Below are positions 12,549 through 25,228 of a DNA stretch of 64,000 bases, piece by piece. The notes below the pieces were generated by a model that saw only the letters and a list, made by a program, of their open reading frames with translations, did not search any database and was not told where the DNA came from. Position 1 is the stretch's first letter, and every line of letters begins with the position of its first letter. A program made the translations under genes and the position numbers. The stretch is taken from assembly GCF_018977255.1 (NCBI RefSeq), contig NW_024704743.1, positions 40,178,001 to 40,242,000 of the forward strand. Reading direction: 5' to 3'. Origin of the DNA: Callorhinchus milii (lineage: Eukaryota).

Positions 12549-15393
12549 TCGACTCTGCCAATGCCCTGCTTGTCAGCCTTCCCAACTCTTCCTCCTACAA
12601 GCTGCATCATCCAGAACTTTGCAGATCATGTCCTCTCCCGGACCAGGCTCCATGACCCCATTACACCCACCCTCTCCCGGCTCCACTGGCTCCCCATCCC
12701 TCAGAGGATTGAGTTCAAAATCCTTATCCTCACCTTCAAGGTCCTCCATGACCTTGCCCCCTCCTACTACTATGACCTGCTGATCCTCTATCAACCTGTC
12801 CGCTCCGATCAGCAGGCTCCAGCCTGCTCCATGCCCCCCACCTGGCCCACCCCATCTTCAGCCCCTCTGCCCCCACCTTCTGGAACTCCATCCCATATTC
12901 CCTTCAACTCGTCCCCTCCTTTGCCTCCTTCAAGGCACGCCTGAAGACACTCCTCTTCGACAGTGCCTTCAGCCACGCACCAACCTTCTCTGCCCTCCAA
13001 CCTCCCTGATCTCAACACCCCCCCACCCCTTGCTCGTGTCCTAATCCCTGACTGTTCAGCACCTTGGGATGTCCTCCTGAAATGAAAGGCACTTTACAGA
13101 TGTAATTTTATATTGTACCTATCAAAATTTCAAGAGCAAGGTACTGTATTTTAAATCACGCTACAGCGGACTCAAAATCCTCACAGGAATGGAACTAATA
13201 AGGTCCTACAGGACATATTGTAACTGTTACTGGGAACAATATTAATAGACTTTCCAGACTTGGCTGTTTGAAATTTCTCCAGTCTTCAAAGTAACCTCGC
13301 CATGCATTTTCAGTGCTGCCTCCACCCTGCATTTTCAGTGCCAGTTTAAACAAAACAGCTTGGGGACATCAATACCAAAGAACAGTGCAAAGCTACAAGC
13401 AACAAGATTTCTTCTTCCCACTGGTAGGAGTATATGTTTTCCTGGTGCAAAGTATTTTTTTTCAGTTACTCTATTTTCGAAAATCTGACAGGACTGCACC
13501 TGGCCTTTCAATTTCTTGTGTCCGATTAAAGCTGATTGTGCATCCGCATGAACTGAGCTGCCTCCCATGTTTGAATGGTCACACCCATTACTTTGCCTAC
13601 CCCCCAGCCTGTGCTTAGAATCAATTTGGCAGCAAAACCACGGTTTCTTCACTTATATTGTCATTGTAATTCTGTTAATGCTGCACTGCTCCGGGCAGTC
13701 TCAAGTGTATTACATTCATACTCATTTTGCATCAACCTAAGCAACAATAATCAAGATGATTCAACTGCGCTGAGTATATCACTCACACTTGGCTCCATTG
13801 CTGGATTAGCGGGTCACAGTGCTCAAACTCCAATCAGAAATATACTTATTGTAACTCAGTTGTGATCCAAAATGTAATATAAAGGTAATGATATTTCAGT
13901 TCCAGTCATTGGGAAGTTTGTGTGTGATAATTCAGACAAACAAAACAACACATTTAAATATGTACCAAAGGGATCTTTAAACTTGCACACAATTTCACTT
14001 ACAGTTAAAACACAAAACTTTGTTTTATTATTTCTGAATAAAAAGAAACACATTTGAGGCTCGGCACAACATTACCGAAGGTGTTCCCTGAACTGAAAGC
14101 TGTCTGATCGTGCCTGATCAACATTATCATTTGAGTTCAGCTAAGAGAGGATATCAATTGAATTAGTTGATCCTGTGAAGCATCACTCAGTGGCTTTCCT
14201 GGGGCATCAGATTGAAATAAACACAGTGCCCAAACTTTCAAAGATAGCCCCAAGATGTTGATCAAACAATGTGAAAAGACTATTCTCAATGCAAGTAAGG
14301 CGAAGGTGGATTACTAAATTTGGGGATAATTAAGGAATGAGAACAAGATGCAGCAGTTTTAATGTGATAATTGCAGCTAACACCTCCTGAAGGTGTGAAT
14401 GTGTGGATATTGGGTGATGAAAGTATCAGGGGAATAGCCTTCTGCCACTCACCATGATGATTCACACTAGCTCAGGATATCAGAGAATGAACTGTGCCCA
14501 TCGAACTGTAACCCAAGTAGAAGGGAGAGAGAAAACAAAAATCAAAGCAGGAGGAAAGATTAAGAGGAGAAAATAGTTTAGGAAATATAGAAAATACTTA
14601 AACAATTTGGTTTTAAGTGCAACAGCTGGAATTAAAGGTTTCAAAACACATCCAATAATCCAGAAAAATACATCTTATCAGAATGATGGAAAAACAGATC
14701 ACATCATACACACAGTTAATTTACAGTGGGTCCTTAATGCTATTTGTTTTTAATCTTCGCTGAAAGAGGATCACAAATTTGATGAGATTTAGTGGGACTC
14801 CCATTTCAAGCCCAGAGCACAGATGCCAGAGAATAAGTAGAAATCTATTGAGGAGAAAGGCTCAGATGTGCAAGATGAAATTGGCACCTAGAATAACCTA
14901 TCACTACTTTTAACTTCCAGCATCGGTTGGAAAAGGTGTTTTAGGCACTGAAATCTCAAGAGAATGAGAAGTTTAGGAAGTTCAACTTGTTCTCATTAGA
15001 GAAAAGAAGACTGCAAGGTTGGGCTATGATTCCAGTATTTAAAATCATGTCATGTGTGATATAATGGATGCTGACACAATCTAAGTGAAGAAGAGAAGAG
15101 TAGCAGCAGATGTGGAAAGGTGCTCAGGAATCCATAAACTAACATAATGTAATTTTGTCATTTTTTCGCATTTAACTTTCCTCTCTACAACACTCTGAAC
15201 ACTATCTTGCATGAAAGGTGTTGTATGAATGCAAGTGTTTTTTTAGTTGTTGGGTCCCCCAAGCCTTGTCATTTGCCAAACTGTACCTAACACTTTCTGG
15301 ATAACGTCTTGGACTCCAGTCTATGCATTGGGTACTGCTGGAGTTTAACCAGCAAAAAATGCATAGCTACAACCACAATAACTTGGATTTACA

Positions 15394-15714
15394 TAATAAT
15401 AATAATAATAATAATCCTTGCATTTGATATAGCGCTTTTCACGTCGGGAGGACGTCCCAAAGCGCTTCACAGAATATACTGTAAAGTGAGTTGACTGTAT
15501 ATTTGTGGGCGAACGCGGCAGCCAATTGCGCACAGCAATGTCCCACAAACAGTCATAGATTGAAAATGACCAATTTAATTATTGTTTTTGTTTTTTGGAG
15601 GGATTATTATTAGGCGTGTGGAGTAAGGAAACTTGCCCAAGGTTTCGCCCTGCCTGGAATTGAACTCAGGTCTCTCACTTGCAAAGCGAGTGCTCTAACC
15701 ACTGAGCTACAGGA
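15394..15714 (-). mobile_element. tRNA(Ala)-derived SINE type A, full length, young
   Basis: Near-identical to 948-1265, with an intact tail GGGACGTCCTCCCGACGTGAAAAGCGCT and (ATT)n. Abuts the L2 tail at 15715. Confidence 0.93.
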
Positions 15715-16405
15715 CATAGTGCCCTCCACGCTGGGCGGCGTCTCAGAGCCCTTTAGAGTTTAGGATCCCGGGGCCGAGTCAGGGGAAGGGATGGGAACGT
15801 GACCAAAGGCGCGGTTGAAGAAAGGTCTTCAGCAGAGACCTGAAAATGGGAAGGGAGGGAGCGAGACAAAGGGAGTGAGGAAAGAAGTTCCAAAGCCTCG
15901 GGGCGTAGTGGCTGAAGGCACGGCCGCCGAGGGTGGAGGGGAGGACTCAGGGGACAAGGAGGAGGCCAGATCCGGAGGAATGAAGGCAACAGGTACTGTG
16001 CTGAGGAACGAGGTGGTCAGAGAGGTAGGGGGTGCAGAGGAGTGCAGGGACTTGAATACGAGGGTGAGGATCTTGAAGTCGATCCTCTCTGGGATAGGGA
16101 GCCAGTGCAGTCTGGCAAGGACTGGGTGATCGGGGAGCGGAGTTTTGTGCGGGTGAGAATGCGGGCGGCAGAGTTCTGAATGAGTTGGATTTTATGGATG
16201 GTAGTGGATGGGAGACCGGCGAGGAGGGCATTAGAGTAGTCCAGCCGAGAGGTGACAAAGGCATGGACCAGAGTTTCAGCGGCTTTTGGGGAGAGGTATT
16301 GGCGGAGATGGGTGACGCGTCGGAGGTGGAAGAAAGCGGTGCTGGTGAGGGACTGGATGTGGGGGAGGAAGGATAATTGGGAGCCGAACCTGACGCCTAG
16401 GTTGC
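15715..16405 (-). mobile_element. L2 LINE, 5'-truncated (tail variant B)
   Basis: Similar to 26474-27025 and 32130-32630. Encodes an RLDYSNALL..LHWLP-type region. Confidence 0.9.
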
Positions 16406-16434
16406 ATACGGGTTAGCGTACACGTAGCTTCCAT

Positions 16435-16600
16435 ATTAGGTTTCAAGAAAGAAGTAGATAGATTTTTCAAGGAGTAATTTGCAAGGATATGGGAAAAGCA
16501 AGCAAATGGGATTAAATGTTTTTCCACAGAGACAGCATAGACATATGTGATGGGTTGTATGGCCTTCTTTTTGGCTATAAAGTCCTACGCTTCTATGCTT
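16435..16600 (+). mobile_element. CR1 LINE 3' end, old
   Basis: ttcaagaaagaagtagatagattt..ggatatggg..gatgggttgtatggccttct..ttctatg follows the CR1 terminal pattern. Confidence 0.6.
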
Positions 16601-17211
16601 TGGGCAGATTTCCTTTGGTTTAATATTCAAAATGTTTCTTGTCAGTTATATGTGTTTTCAGGGAAGTGCTTCAGAAAATGATCAAGTATATCAGGGAAAT
16701 TTGACTGAAAATGCAAGTTGACTGAAAATTTGACTGAAAAAATAACCTTTGCAACTTTTCTTTAAAAAAAAACAGAAACAATGACTAAGGGCTACAGTTA
16801 TCTTTTTGCATTCGATGTGAACATCCTTCTTCCAGGCCCATTGAAAAATGTTAATCTCCCAAAGAGTGTAGATACTGTATCATTAGACATAACTTAGATA
16901 CAGCAGAAGAAGAAGAATCTAATGACGGGGTTGAAAAAGTGCTAGTTTATGAAACAGCAGGGTAGATGGCATCTTAAACTATAAAAAGCACCTCGTCCTG
17001 TAAAACATACCTCCTCTGGAGATCTTCATGGACATCACTCAGTAATTTGGCTCTGAACCATGAGAAATTTGGGGCCTTTGAAGCAGTAACTAACCCTGGC
17101 TACCCTTTACCCCTCACTAAACCTGGGCTGTTGACTCCATGCTGCCCACATGAGATCAGACCTTTTTAACACCAACAGGGTGTTAAACCCTGGATAATTT
17201 GTATACATAAT

Positions 17212-17612
17212 AATAAATAATAATAATCCTTGCATTTGTCTCATGTCCTCGAGACATCTCAAATTGCTGTGATTGTGTACCTTTTCAGCAAAAACAGCAG
17301 CCAATTTGCACAAGGCAATATCCCCAAAATACATGGAATTTTATTTCATTTAGGAGATCGTTGGCCAGGATATCAGGATAAACACCTTTCTGTTTTTGAA
17401 TGGTGCCATGGGATCTTTACTCTTCACTGGACAGACAGACGAGACCTCAGTTTAACATTTCATATGAAGGATGGCTCCTTTGACAATGCAGCACCCTCCA
17501 CAACTCTACTGGAGCATCATCTAAATTATACGAATTCCATCTACTGAAGTGGGGCTTGAACCCACAACTTTCTGACTCAGACGCAGGAATGCCACCAACT
17601 GAGCCAGGCTGA
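17212..17612 (-). mobile_element. DeuSINE-like SINE (type C), full length
   Basis: Minus head cagcctggctcagttggtggcattcctgcgtctgagtcagaaagttgtgggttcaagcccc, then the Deu body and an (ATT)n tail. Confidence 0.85.
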
Positions 17613-17894
17613 CATGCATACTAACTTAGCCGTGGGGATAGCTGCCCTTTTCATTAGGCCCAAGTGAGAAGAGTTGACTGTGCTGTCAGCTCCATTTAGT
17701 CACCAAAAACTAGACCTCTGCCCACACTCTTGTTTAATTGCCATGCCAGAGGTCAGTGCACTTCTGGCTCCTTAGCACATTAGAGCTCAGATGCTGGTGG
17801 TTCTGCATTGGCAGTTCTATCTTGCTTGGGGGGAGGAGGAGGAAAGCAAGGCAGGGAGGATCTCCTTGTTGCTGAGTTGACTCCAAGATGACGT

Positions 17895-18120
17895 ACTTGG
17901 TGATAGAATATCAGAATTGAGTCAACTTTACAAAGCCAAGCCAGGCTCAGTGCTCCAAGGCGCTGCTGATGACAAACTAGCCAACCATGGCGCACTGACA
18001 GAACTTGAATGGGCAGACTGGAGGCAGAGATTCTTCCCAATCAGATCCTGTTAACTCTGCAAGAACAAAAAGCCTAAATGGTCCTAACTGGACAAGCAGC
18101 AGAAAGCCGGATGGTGCATT
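17895..18120 (+). repeat. Unclassified dispersed repeat, copy 1
   Basis: Aligns by eye with 42270-42515 (+) and 48680-48995 (-): ccaagg/gcactgctgatgac..cccantcagctcctgttaac..ctggacaagcagc..gaaagc. Confidence 0.65.
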
Positions 18121-18280
18121 GACAGATGAGCATTGTGGCAGCACTCTGTCTGTTCTTATCACTACAGTATGAAATGTATTGTTTGATATCCAACAAATCA
18201 ATGAGGCATTCTACCCATTATGTAAAGGGTGGTTTCTGCTGATTCAGATTCCCTTCAGATGAAAGTGTTACATTGTAAAG

Positions 18281-18434
18281 CAGTGGTGGCCAACCTTTGA
18301 TGGTCAGCCAACAAAGCAAAAAATAATTATAAACCCACCACCAATCGAACATGGACTTACATAGACTTGGACAAAAGTTTTTTTGGGGAGGGTGCTCCTT
18401 GACAACCCCGCAGGCCACAGGCTGGCCACAACTG
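18281..18434. mobile_element. hAT (Charlie-type) MITE, about 154 bp
   Basis: TIRs CAGTGGTGGCCAACC / GGCTGGCCACAACTG (13/15) and 8-bp flanks TTGTAAAG / GTTTAAAG (6/8). Confidence 0.7.
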
Positions 18435-19059
18435 GTTTAAAGCAATGGAACAGCTGTTGATAAGATTTTTGCATTAAGAGTAATCTGCCACTTTGAAGCT
18501 CTCAGTGGTTCTGGGACCAAAGGTGGAGCTAGGAGATAGTAATTTTATGTGGATAGCATATAGTAGCTGTCTGACTGATTCCAAGCTGTGGAAACCTGCT
18601 CTGGAAAGCACTGGAACCAGCAGAACTTGGTTTTGCAAAAGCAATTTATCAGTTTGCTGCTCTAATGAGTTTCAAAACCCAGTAACTTCCAAACGGAGAG
18701 GTGCTGGAACAAACCAGAATGCCAGTTTATAGTAAAATGGAACATCAGCCCATAAAGTTAGAGTCTAATGTCACAAATCAAAATCAAGGTGGTGAATCCT
18801 ACACAGACCACCAAAGATACATTTCAGCTTGTATAAGGCAGAGACTTAATAACTTATTCAAATGACACCCAAATGAGTTGCGGAAGCAGATCTTACTGCC
18901 ATTGTTTTCAATGTCAGACCTCAACACCTTTTATTCATTTTAAAAATCTTTTCAAATGTTTCTGTTCAGCATTTCACTTGCTTGGACCATCTCACTCGTA
19001 TTTCCTTCTCCACTTCCTCCCAGGACTGTATGTCCTCTGATCTGCCCTGCTGCCTTGGC

Positions 19060-19222
19060 TTAATGTTTCACTCGAAGGATGACACTTCCAACAATATAGC
19101 ACACCCCTAGCAATGCATTGTACTATCAGCATCGACTGTGTGAATTTAACGTCCCGACATGGGGACTTTGAACCACAAACTCCTGATTCAGAGGGGAGAG
19201 TGCTACCAACTGAGCCAGGCTA
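19060..19222 (-). mobile_element. DeuSINE-like SINE, 5' part
   Basis: Minus head agcctggctcagttggtagcactctcccctctgaatcaggag and the start of the Deu domain. Confidence 0.7.
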
Positions 19223-20144
19223 GCACATGCTGTATTGAGAAGCAGTCATTGATGAACACTACAAGATATTTTGCGTTACACCCCTTTCTTATGGTTATCC
19301 TTGGTGTGACCACTTTAGTTCAGGAAAATTCATATCCTACGATTATCCCATTAGAATGTGTCTTTTTTATTTGCCTCAACAGCTGTCTAGCTCAAAAGAC
19401 TGAATTTTTAACTTTTATTTCCATTATTTTTACTTGGCTTCAATTTACTGAATATCTTCCAAAGGTAAATATTCTGAACATAAATCAATGTTTTCAATAT
19501 CTGTTCTCCACCATTATATTCAACGAACTCACAGATAATAAATAATCACACCGCCCACATTCTCCGGGGGAAACAGCACTTTGTCACTTCATAATACCCT
19601 TAAGAATAATTACTGCACTCAATACAGAAATGATTTCACAGTTTGCATGCTCATGAAATGTCTGTAAAAATAACAAAAAAAAACTGACATCTGGAATTGT
19701 TCCTTTAATGAGCCTTCAAGCAACAATAAAGTGTGCCTTTTTGATAAATTGATCATGAAAAATGGTTGTTCAAGCAAGTTTCCTTTATTATTGCCAGAAT
19801 TAATTAATAATCTCCTCCTTGTATTTGTAATAATATGCTGTATGGGTCTGACAGAAATCTGTATTTGATGAGCTCCGGTTTTCACAGATCAAATTGACCC
19901 TCAATCGAAGACCAGATCAGTTATCCCCTTGTGATTCATATTTTATTGCATTTCTCTTTCTCCAAATATCCCTACGGGGCATCCAACCACAATCTTGTTT
20001 TGTACATAAGAGGGTACACTCCATTGATAATTAAACTAAATTGCAATCATCAAAAGACATGTTGCCTACTAATCTCAATGCAGTTTTCCATAATTATGGA
20101 TATTATTCAGAAGATTTTTTTTAATATATGGGCATTACACACTG

Positions 20145-20578
20145 TGTCAGTTTAGTTTGGTTGGTAGCGTTCTCGCCTCTGGCTCAGAATGTTCTGGGCT
20201 TGAGTCCTGCAATAGGACTTCAGTTTATAATTGAGGCTGACACTCAGTACTGTACTGAGAGAAAACTGCATCTGTTGATTGAGAGCTTAAAATGGGGGAC
20301 TCAATTCTTGCTCTAGTGAATGATGATGATCAACTAGCACTATTTCTGAAAGCAAAAGAAGTTCTCCTGATGCCCTGGCACGTATTCCTGCCTCATCCAA
20401 AAACAAATAATAGATTTGCAAATAATAATGAATTTATTGGGTATTCAGGTCAGTGATATTTTGGAGTTTAGCTGCTGCACTGACCTACATAAAAAGGCAT
20501 CACACTTCAAAATAACTCACTTTGAAAAGTGCTTTGGAATATTTTGCTACAAGATGCTACAGTATATCACGGTAAGTA
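20145..20578 (+). mobile_element. DeuSINE-like SINE, diverged
   Basis: ttggtagcgttctcgcctctggctcagaatgttctggg head, Deu body and degenerate tail. Confidence 0.7.
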
Positions 20579-22212
20579 TATATATATATAAAAAGGGGTT
20601 TTAACATTTTACACACCAATACATTTATATTACTGAAAATATTATGGGATATATAATTGAAGAGTAAAACTATCAAAGGTTATGGGGAACGAGCAAAGAA
20701 ATGGTATTTCAGTGGAGAGCTTCATTAGGTAGGAAGCATGGTATAGGATCATTGAACTGAAATGCCTATGCTGAAATGTCTTTCATTCCACTTAAATTCT
20801 GGGCACATTTATTTCCAAAGGATCCACATATTCACATTCCTTCTGGGACCTAGACTCATAATTTGCTGTAGTCTATTACAATTATACTGTAGTTTATTGT
20901 GCAGGAAAGTTAATTATTGTAATTACAATTATTGTAATTATTAATAATTAACATTCTTGTACATAATAAATCAGTCAGACGTCCGCAGGAGTTCCCAACT
21001 TCCCAACTTCATTCGACAACTACAGTCCCATCGCTGATTAGTATCCTGCTTAAAATTGGCTGAATTTCAGATCATTTTTCATTGCTTTAATTCAAGAGGT
21101 TATACAAGAGAGGGCCCGCTCAGGGAACGGATGATTCACAGAAAATAATTCAATGAATGACACCAGGCTCAAAGAACTTTTGTTGACTAATTTTCTTTAA
21201 AAAAATCAGTCCCTGGGGAATATTCTGTTTGCAAACAGAGCTGAATAGATAGATGGACCGATACCCTTGAAGGTATCCTCAGGCTACTAGGAGAGCATAA
21301 TGCTGGGTTGGAGTCTGACCCGATACATTGTATTAGGAATCTGTCTGCATCGAGAATGGCATAAATGATTGAATGTGTTAAGCAGATAGAACATCGATGC
21401 AGGTTAAACTTGTAGCATAAAAACTATTGTGTCCAAACAATTCAACAGTTCTTTTCATGGATTGGAGCTCCTAGGCATAAAGTGCGAATGTTTTCTTATA
21501 ATTCACTTGTGAGATTGTAGACCAAGAGGCCAAGGTGGCTTTGCAATAAAAGGGAAATTGACAGGAGGGAAGGAGAACTCTGTCCTACAGTGAATGCTTA
21601 CTCTGCAACTAGAGATGGAGTCACCCTCACAGTGGACTGAACTATTTGAGAAAAAACTTCACGTGAGTCCTGGATTAAGCAGTTGGGATTCAGATAGCCT
21701 GCTGTGTGGCTTTGGTTTTAAAACTTCAAGTGGATGGCAAATCTGCATATGTCTCTTCTACACTGAAGGTGGATATTCGCCAAAGGCAACAAAGAAAACA
21801 CTGGGGTTTGGGACAAGATTTGACAAGTACTAGTTTGAACTCTCACTCGATGAGTAGATATTACCAGGAACTCCACTGAGATGTATATTAAACAACATAT
21901 TTGTGCATGATTTGTGTGAGTCCATTGCTGCAACAACAGATAGGATACATATACACTATAAGCCACAAAACAGTGAGTTCACCAGCTGGAGATGAGATGC
22001 TTCACTATTTGCTGAGTATTTATTCAGTAGTTTATTTTATTTGGTGGTTGTCCAACCAGGACAACCACAAGTAACAGCATATGCTCACATACAACCAGGC
22101 AACTCCCGGCCTGGCTATGAATAGGAAGTAAGGAATGTATACACTTTGGGAATCATTTGCGATATTTGTAAAAAAATTTAACACATTTCTAAAACATGAA
22201 TGTTTAGAATAT

Positions 22213-22530
22213 CAGCCTGACTCAGGTGTAACACTCTTTCCTCTATGCCAGAAGGCTGCGGGTTCAAGGCCCAATTTGGACTTTGTCTGACACTCCAATG
22301 TAGCACTGGGATGTGCTGCATTGTCAGAGACGATGTCCTTTGGATGAGACATTAAACCGATCTACCTGCTCAGGTGGATGTTAAAGATCCCATGGCACTG
22401 TGTGAAAAGAGAAGGGAGTCCTGGCAAATTATCATCTCGATGATATTGGTCACTCGCTTCATGTCTGTGTGTTGGACATTGCTGTGCGCAAATTGGCTGT
22501 CGTGTTCTTCTACAAAATGAGAAGAACATT
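22213..22530 (+). mobile_element. DeuSINE-like SINE
   Basis: cagcctgactcagg head, then ggatgagacattaaaccg..caggtggatgttaaagatcccatggcact..gctgtgcgcaaattggctg. Confidence 0.82.
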
Positions 22531-24136
22531 CAAACATTAACAGTCTAGTTAAATCTGTTTTCAATCGATAGTGTTTTCAGTTTTTTCTGCGTTGAATATT
22601 TCCTGTTTCATGGCAGAAATCAAGAAATATTCAATCAAGAAAATTTATTTTGTTGGCCGACCATAAAGGTTGACAACACTGATTTACAGTAAATCCTGGA
22701 ACACCCTTTGAGCCATCCTCCAGGCATGATAGGCGCTGTATCAAGAAATCTATTTGTTATCGTAAATTAGACTATTTCAGTTGACATTTATAGGCAACAC
22801 AAATTTTGAAGAAATCTAAGAAGCCTGAAATCCAAAGCTTTTTGTGGGGTTCTTGAAAGGTGATATTTAAGTGCAAGTTTGCAAATTGTTGTTGAAATGG
22901 CACTCAATATTCTGTATGTCCAAAGATCAATCAACATCTAGAATAGTGCACACACTATTCTAGATGCAATTTAGCTTGCTTTCCTGGTTGCTGAATTGAC
23001 TTCAGACAAAACAAATGCATTGAAGGTGAGATGAAGAACCTGAAATCATAAGCAATGATGCAAGTTAAATAGGCTATTATTAATCCTGAATCTAAGTGTT
23101 TACTCATTAATTATTAGCACTATTTCACACCTGACAGATAAAGCAAAGGTGTGATAAACAGTGAGGTACTTTGAAAGAGAATCTACCTGCTTGTGGTCCC
23201 AGATCGCCTCACACATTATTTGCTTTTGTTCACAGATCACACTGTGATTTAATAAGTATTCATACAACAAGAGAAAATGCAGCAAGTACAAACTTGTTTG
23301 TTCATGGGGCCAGGGGACAAATTAAATTATCCCTAGACCTCTGGCACATGGTTTTATATCAGGCCATAATGATGGGATACAAATTTCTTAAATGTCCTAA
23401 ATATATATGTGGAGAATCTTTAAACAGTTCTATATTAGTACTAATGAAAAATACAAAATTAGGTATAATGTGGTGTTAAATTGGTAATTTCAGAGAAACA
23501 AAAATTAGAGGTAGTTGATTGAACATGATCTTTCAGGTAGTTGGATATATAATTGGATGTTGTGTTTCACCCACAAAGTTCACAGTCAATCCACTTTACA
23601 ATATATTCTGTGAAGCGCTTTTAGACGTCTCAGTGACATGATAAGGCGCCTGTTCAAAGGCTGTTGCCTGTTCAAAGGAAGTGACTATCTGTCAAATCAT
23701 TCAGTGCCAGCTGTAGTACACAAGTACCCACCTGATCTTAGTATGTTATGTATTGTGGAAATAATACATTTATTCATTTTTAAACATATGTTCTTTCACA
23801 AAATGAGATGGTGACCATGTTTATGGATATGGCGTAGCATCTTGGAGCGCTTAACAGTAGTGAAACTTGACATCGAGCAGGGGAGAGGAGGGAGGTGATC
23901 GTAGATACGGTCAAAGAGGAACGTCTTCAGTATGATCTGAAGATGGGCAAAGAGGTGCAAGGCAAATGGATTGGAGCAGAGACTTCTATGTTTTTTTTGG
24001 TTCTCATTATATTGAATGGACAGCCACAAGACACTCAAACTCCATTGTAGGTGCAGAAATAAAACAGCAATTGTATCTGTAAATAAAGACATGGAAAGAA
24101 CCGTCTTAGATACTGTGTTTCAAAATTAATAATTTA

Positions 24137-24327
24137 ATAATAATCATTGCCTTTGATAATTACCCCAGGAAAGTAATCCACCAATCAACTGAATTGGGAT
24201 TCTACTTACTGCTGGGTAAACAGGTGTGTGGAGTAAGAAAACCGGCCCAATAATTCGCCCTGCCGGGAATCAAACCCAGGTCTCTTGCTTGCAAGCCCGA
24301 GTTGCTCTAACCACTGACCTACAGGAC
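24137..24327 (-). mobile_element. tRNA-SINE type B with internal deletion
   Basis: Head and CORE-like segment joined directly to a tail remnant. Confidence 0.75.
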
Positions 24328-24334
24328 GCCAATA

Positions 24335-24600
24335 GTTCAGTTTGACATTCCAATGCAGTGTTGGGTGAGGTATTGGAGGTGCCGTTCTTCAAATGAGATG
24401 TTAAACCAAGGCTCCATCTAGTTGTTCTGGATGTGAGAGATCCCATGGCTGTTGTTCAAAATAAGGAAGAAGTTTGTTCCGCTGTTCTGGCCAACAATCC
24501 CCCAGATAAATTGGTCATTCACCTCCTGCAATTTGTGGGACACTGCTGTCCACAAATTAGCCAGCAAATAGACAGTCACTACACTTAACAGAATGAATTG
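24335..24600 (+). mobile_element. DeuSINE-like SINE body
   Basis: ggaggtgccgttcttcaaatgagatgttaaaccaagg..gatcccatggc..tgtgggacactgctgt. Confidence 0.75.
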
Positions 24601-24782
24601 TACATTGATTTTACTCAATGTACTTCATCTAAACCTACCCTAAAGGGGATATTGTGGTACCACCCCTGGATATCTCTGAACACCCTGTTCAGGCACTCTG
24701 TCCATAACAACAACGAATTACGTTTGTATAGCGTCTTTCACATTGGGAGAATGTCTCAAAGTGCTGAATAATAAATAAATAA

Positions 24783-25123
24783 CAATAATAATCCTTCCAT
24801 TTGATATAGCACTTTTCAAAGGATGTCACAGAATATAACGTAAAGTGAATTGATTGTATATTTGTGGACAGAAAGAAGCAGCCAATTGCGCACAGTAGTG
24901 TTCCACAAACAGTCATGGATTGAGTGACCAATTTATTTTTTTAAAAAGAATTGTTATCTCCGGAAAAGCAATCCACCAATCGACTAACTACCGGGTTCCT
25001 ACTTACTGCTAGGTAAACAGAGGCGGGTGGAGTAAGGAAACTTGGTCAACATTTCACCCTACCGGGAATAGAACCCAACGCCTCACTTGCGAGCGAGTGC
25101 TCGAACCACTGAACTACAGGACT
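24783..25123 (-). mobile_element. tRNA-SINE type B, near full length
   Basis: Head, CORE-like segment, Deu 3' part and (ATT)n tail. Confidence 0.88.
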
Positions 25124-25228
25124 AAATATCTGGAATGTTAAAAGCATCAGGTCTTTCAGTTTGTTCTAGAGAGGTACAGAGGCACTCACTTTTGATTGTA
25201 ATGCTTTGTAGCATGACAGGTCCATCGT

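Larger units (their letters stand above)
11650..13115 (+). mobile_element. L2 LINE, 5'-truncated, split by a Penelope insertion
   Basis: LSFLPHI..HLRNIARL..RLDYAN (to 11799) resumes at 12549 as DSANALL..IQN..LHWLPIPQRIEFKIL and runs to a 3' tail at about 13110. Confidence 0.9.

Noticed and set aside
21591..21662. Exon-like segment with AG and GTGAGT
   Set aside because: Stops in all three frames as an internal exon, with no other support.
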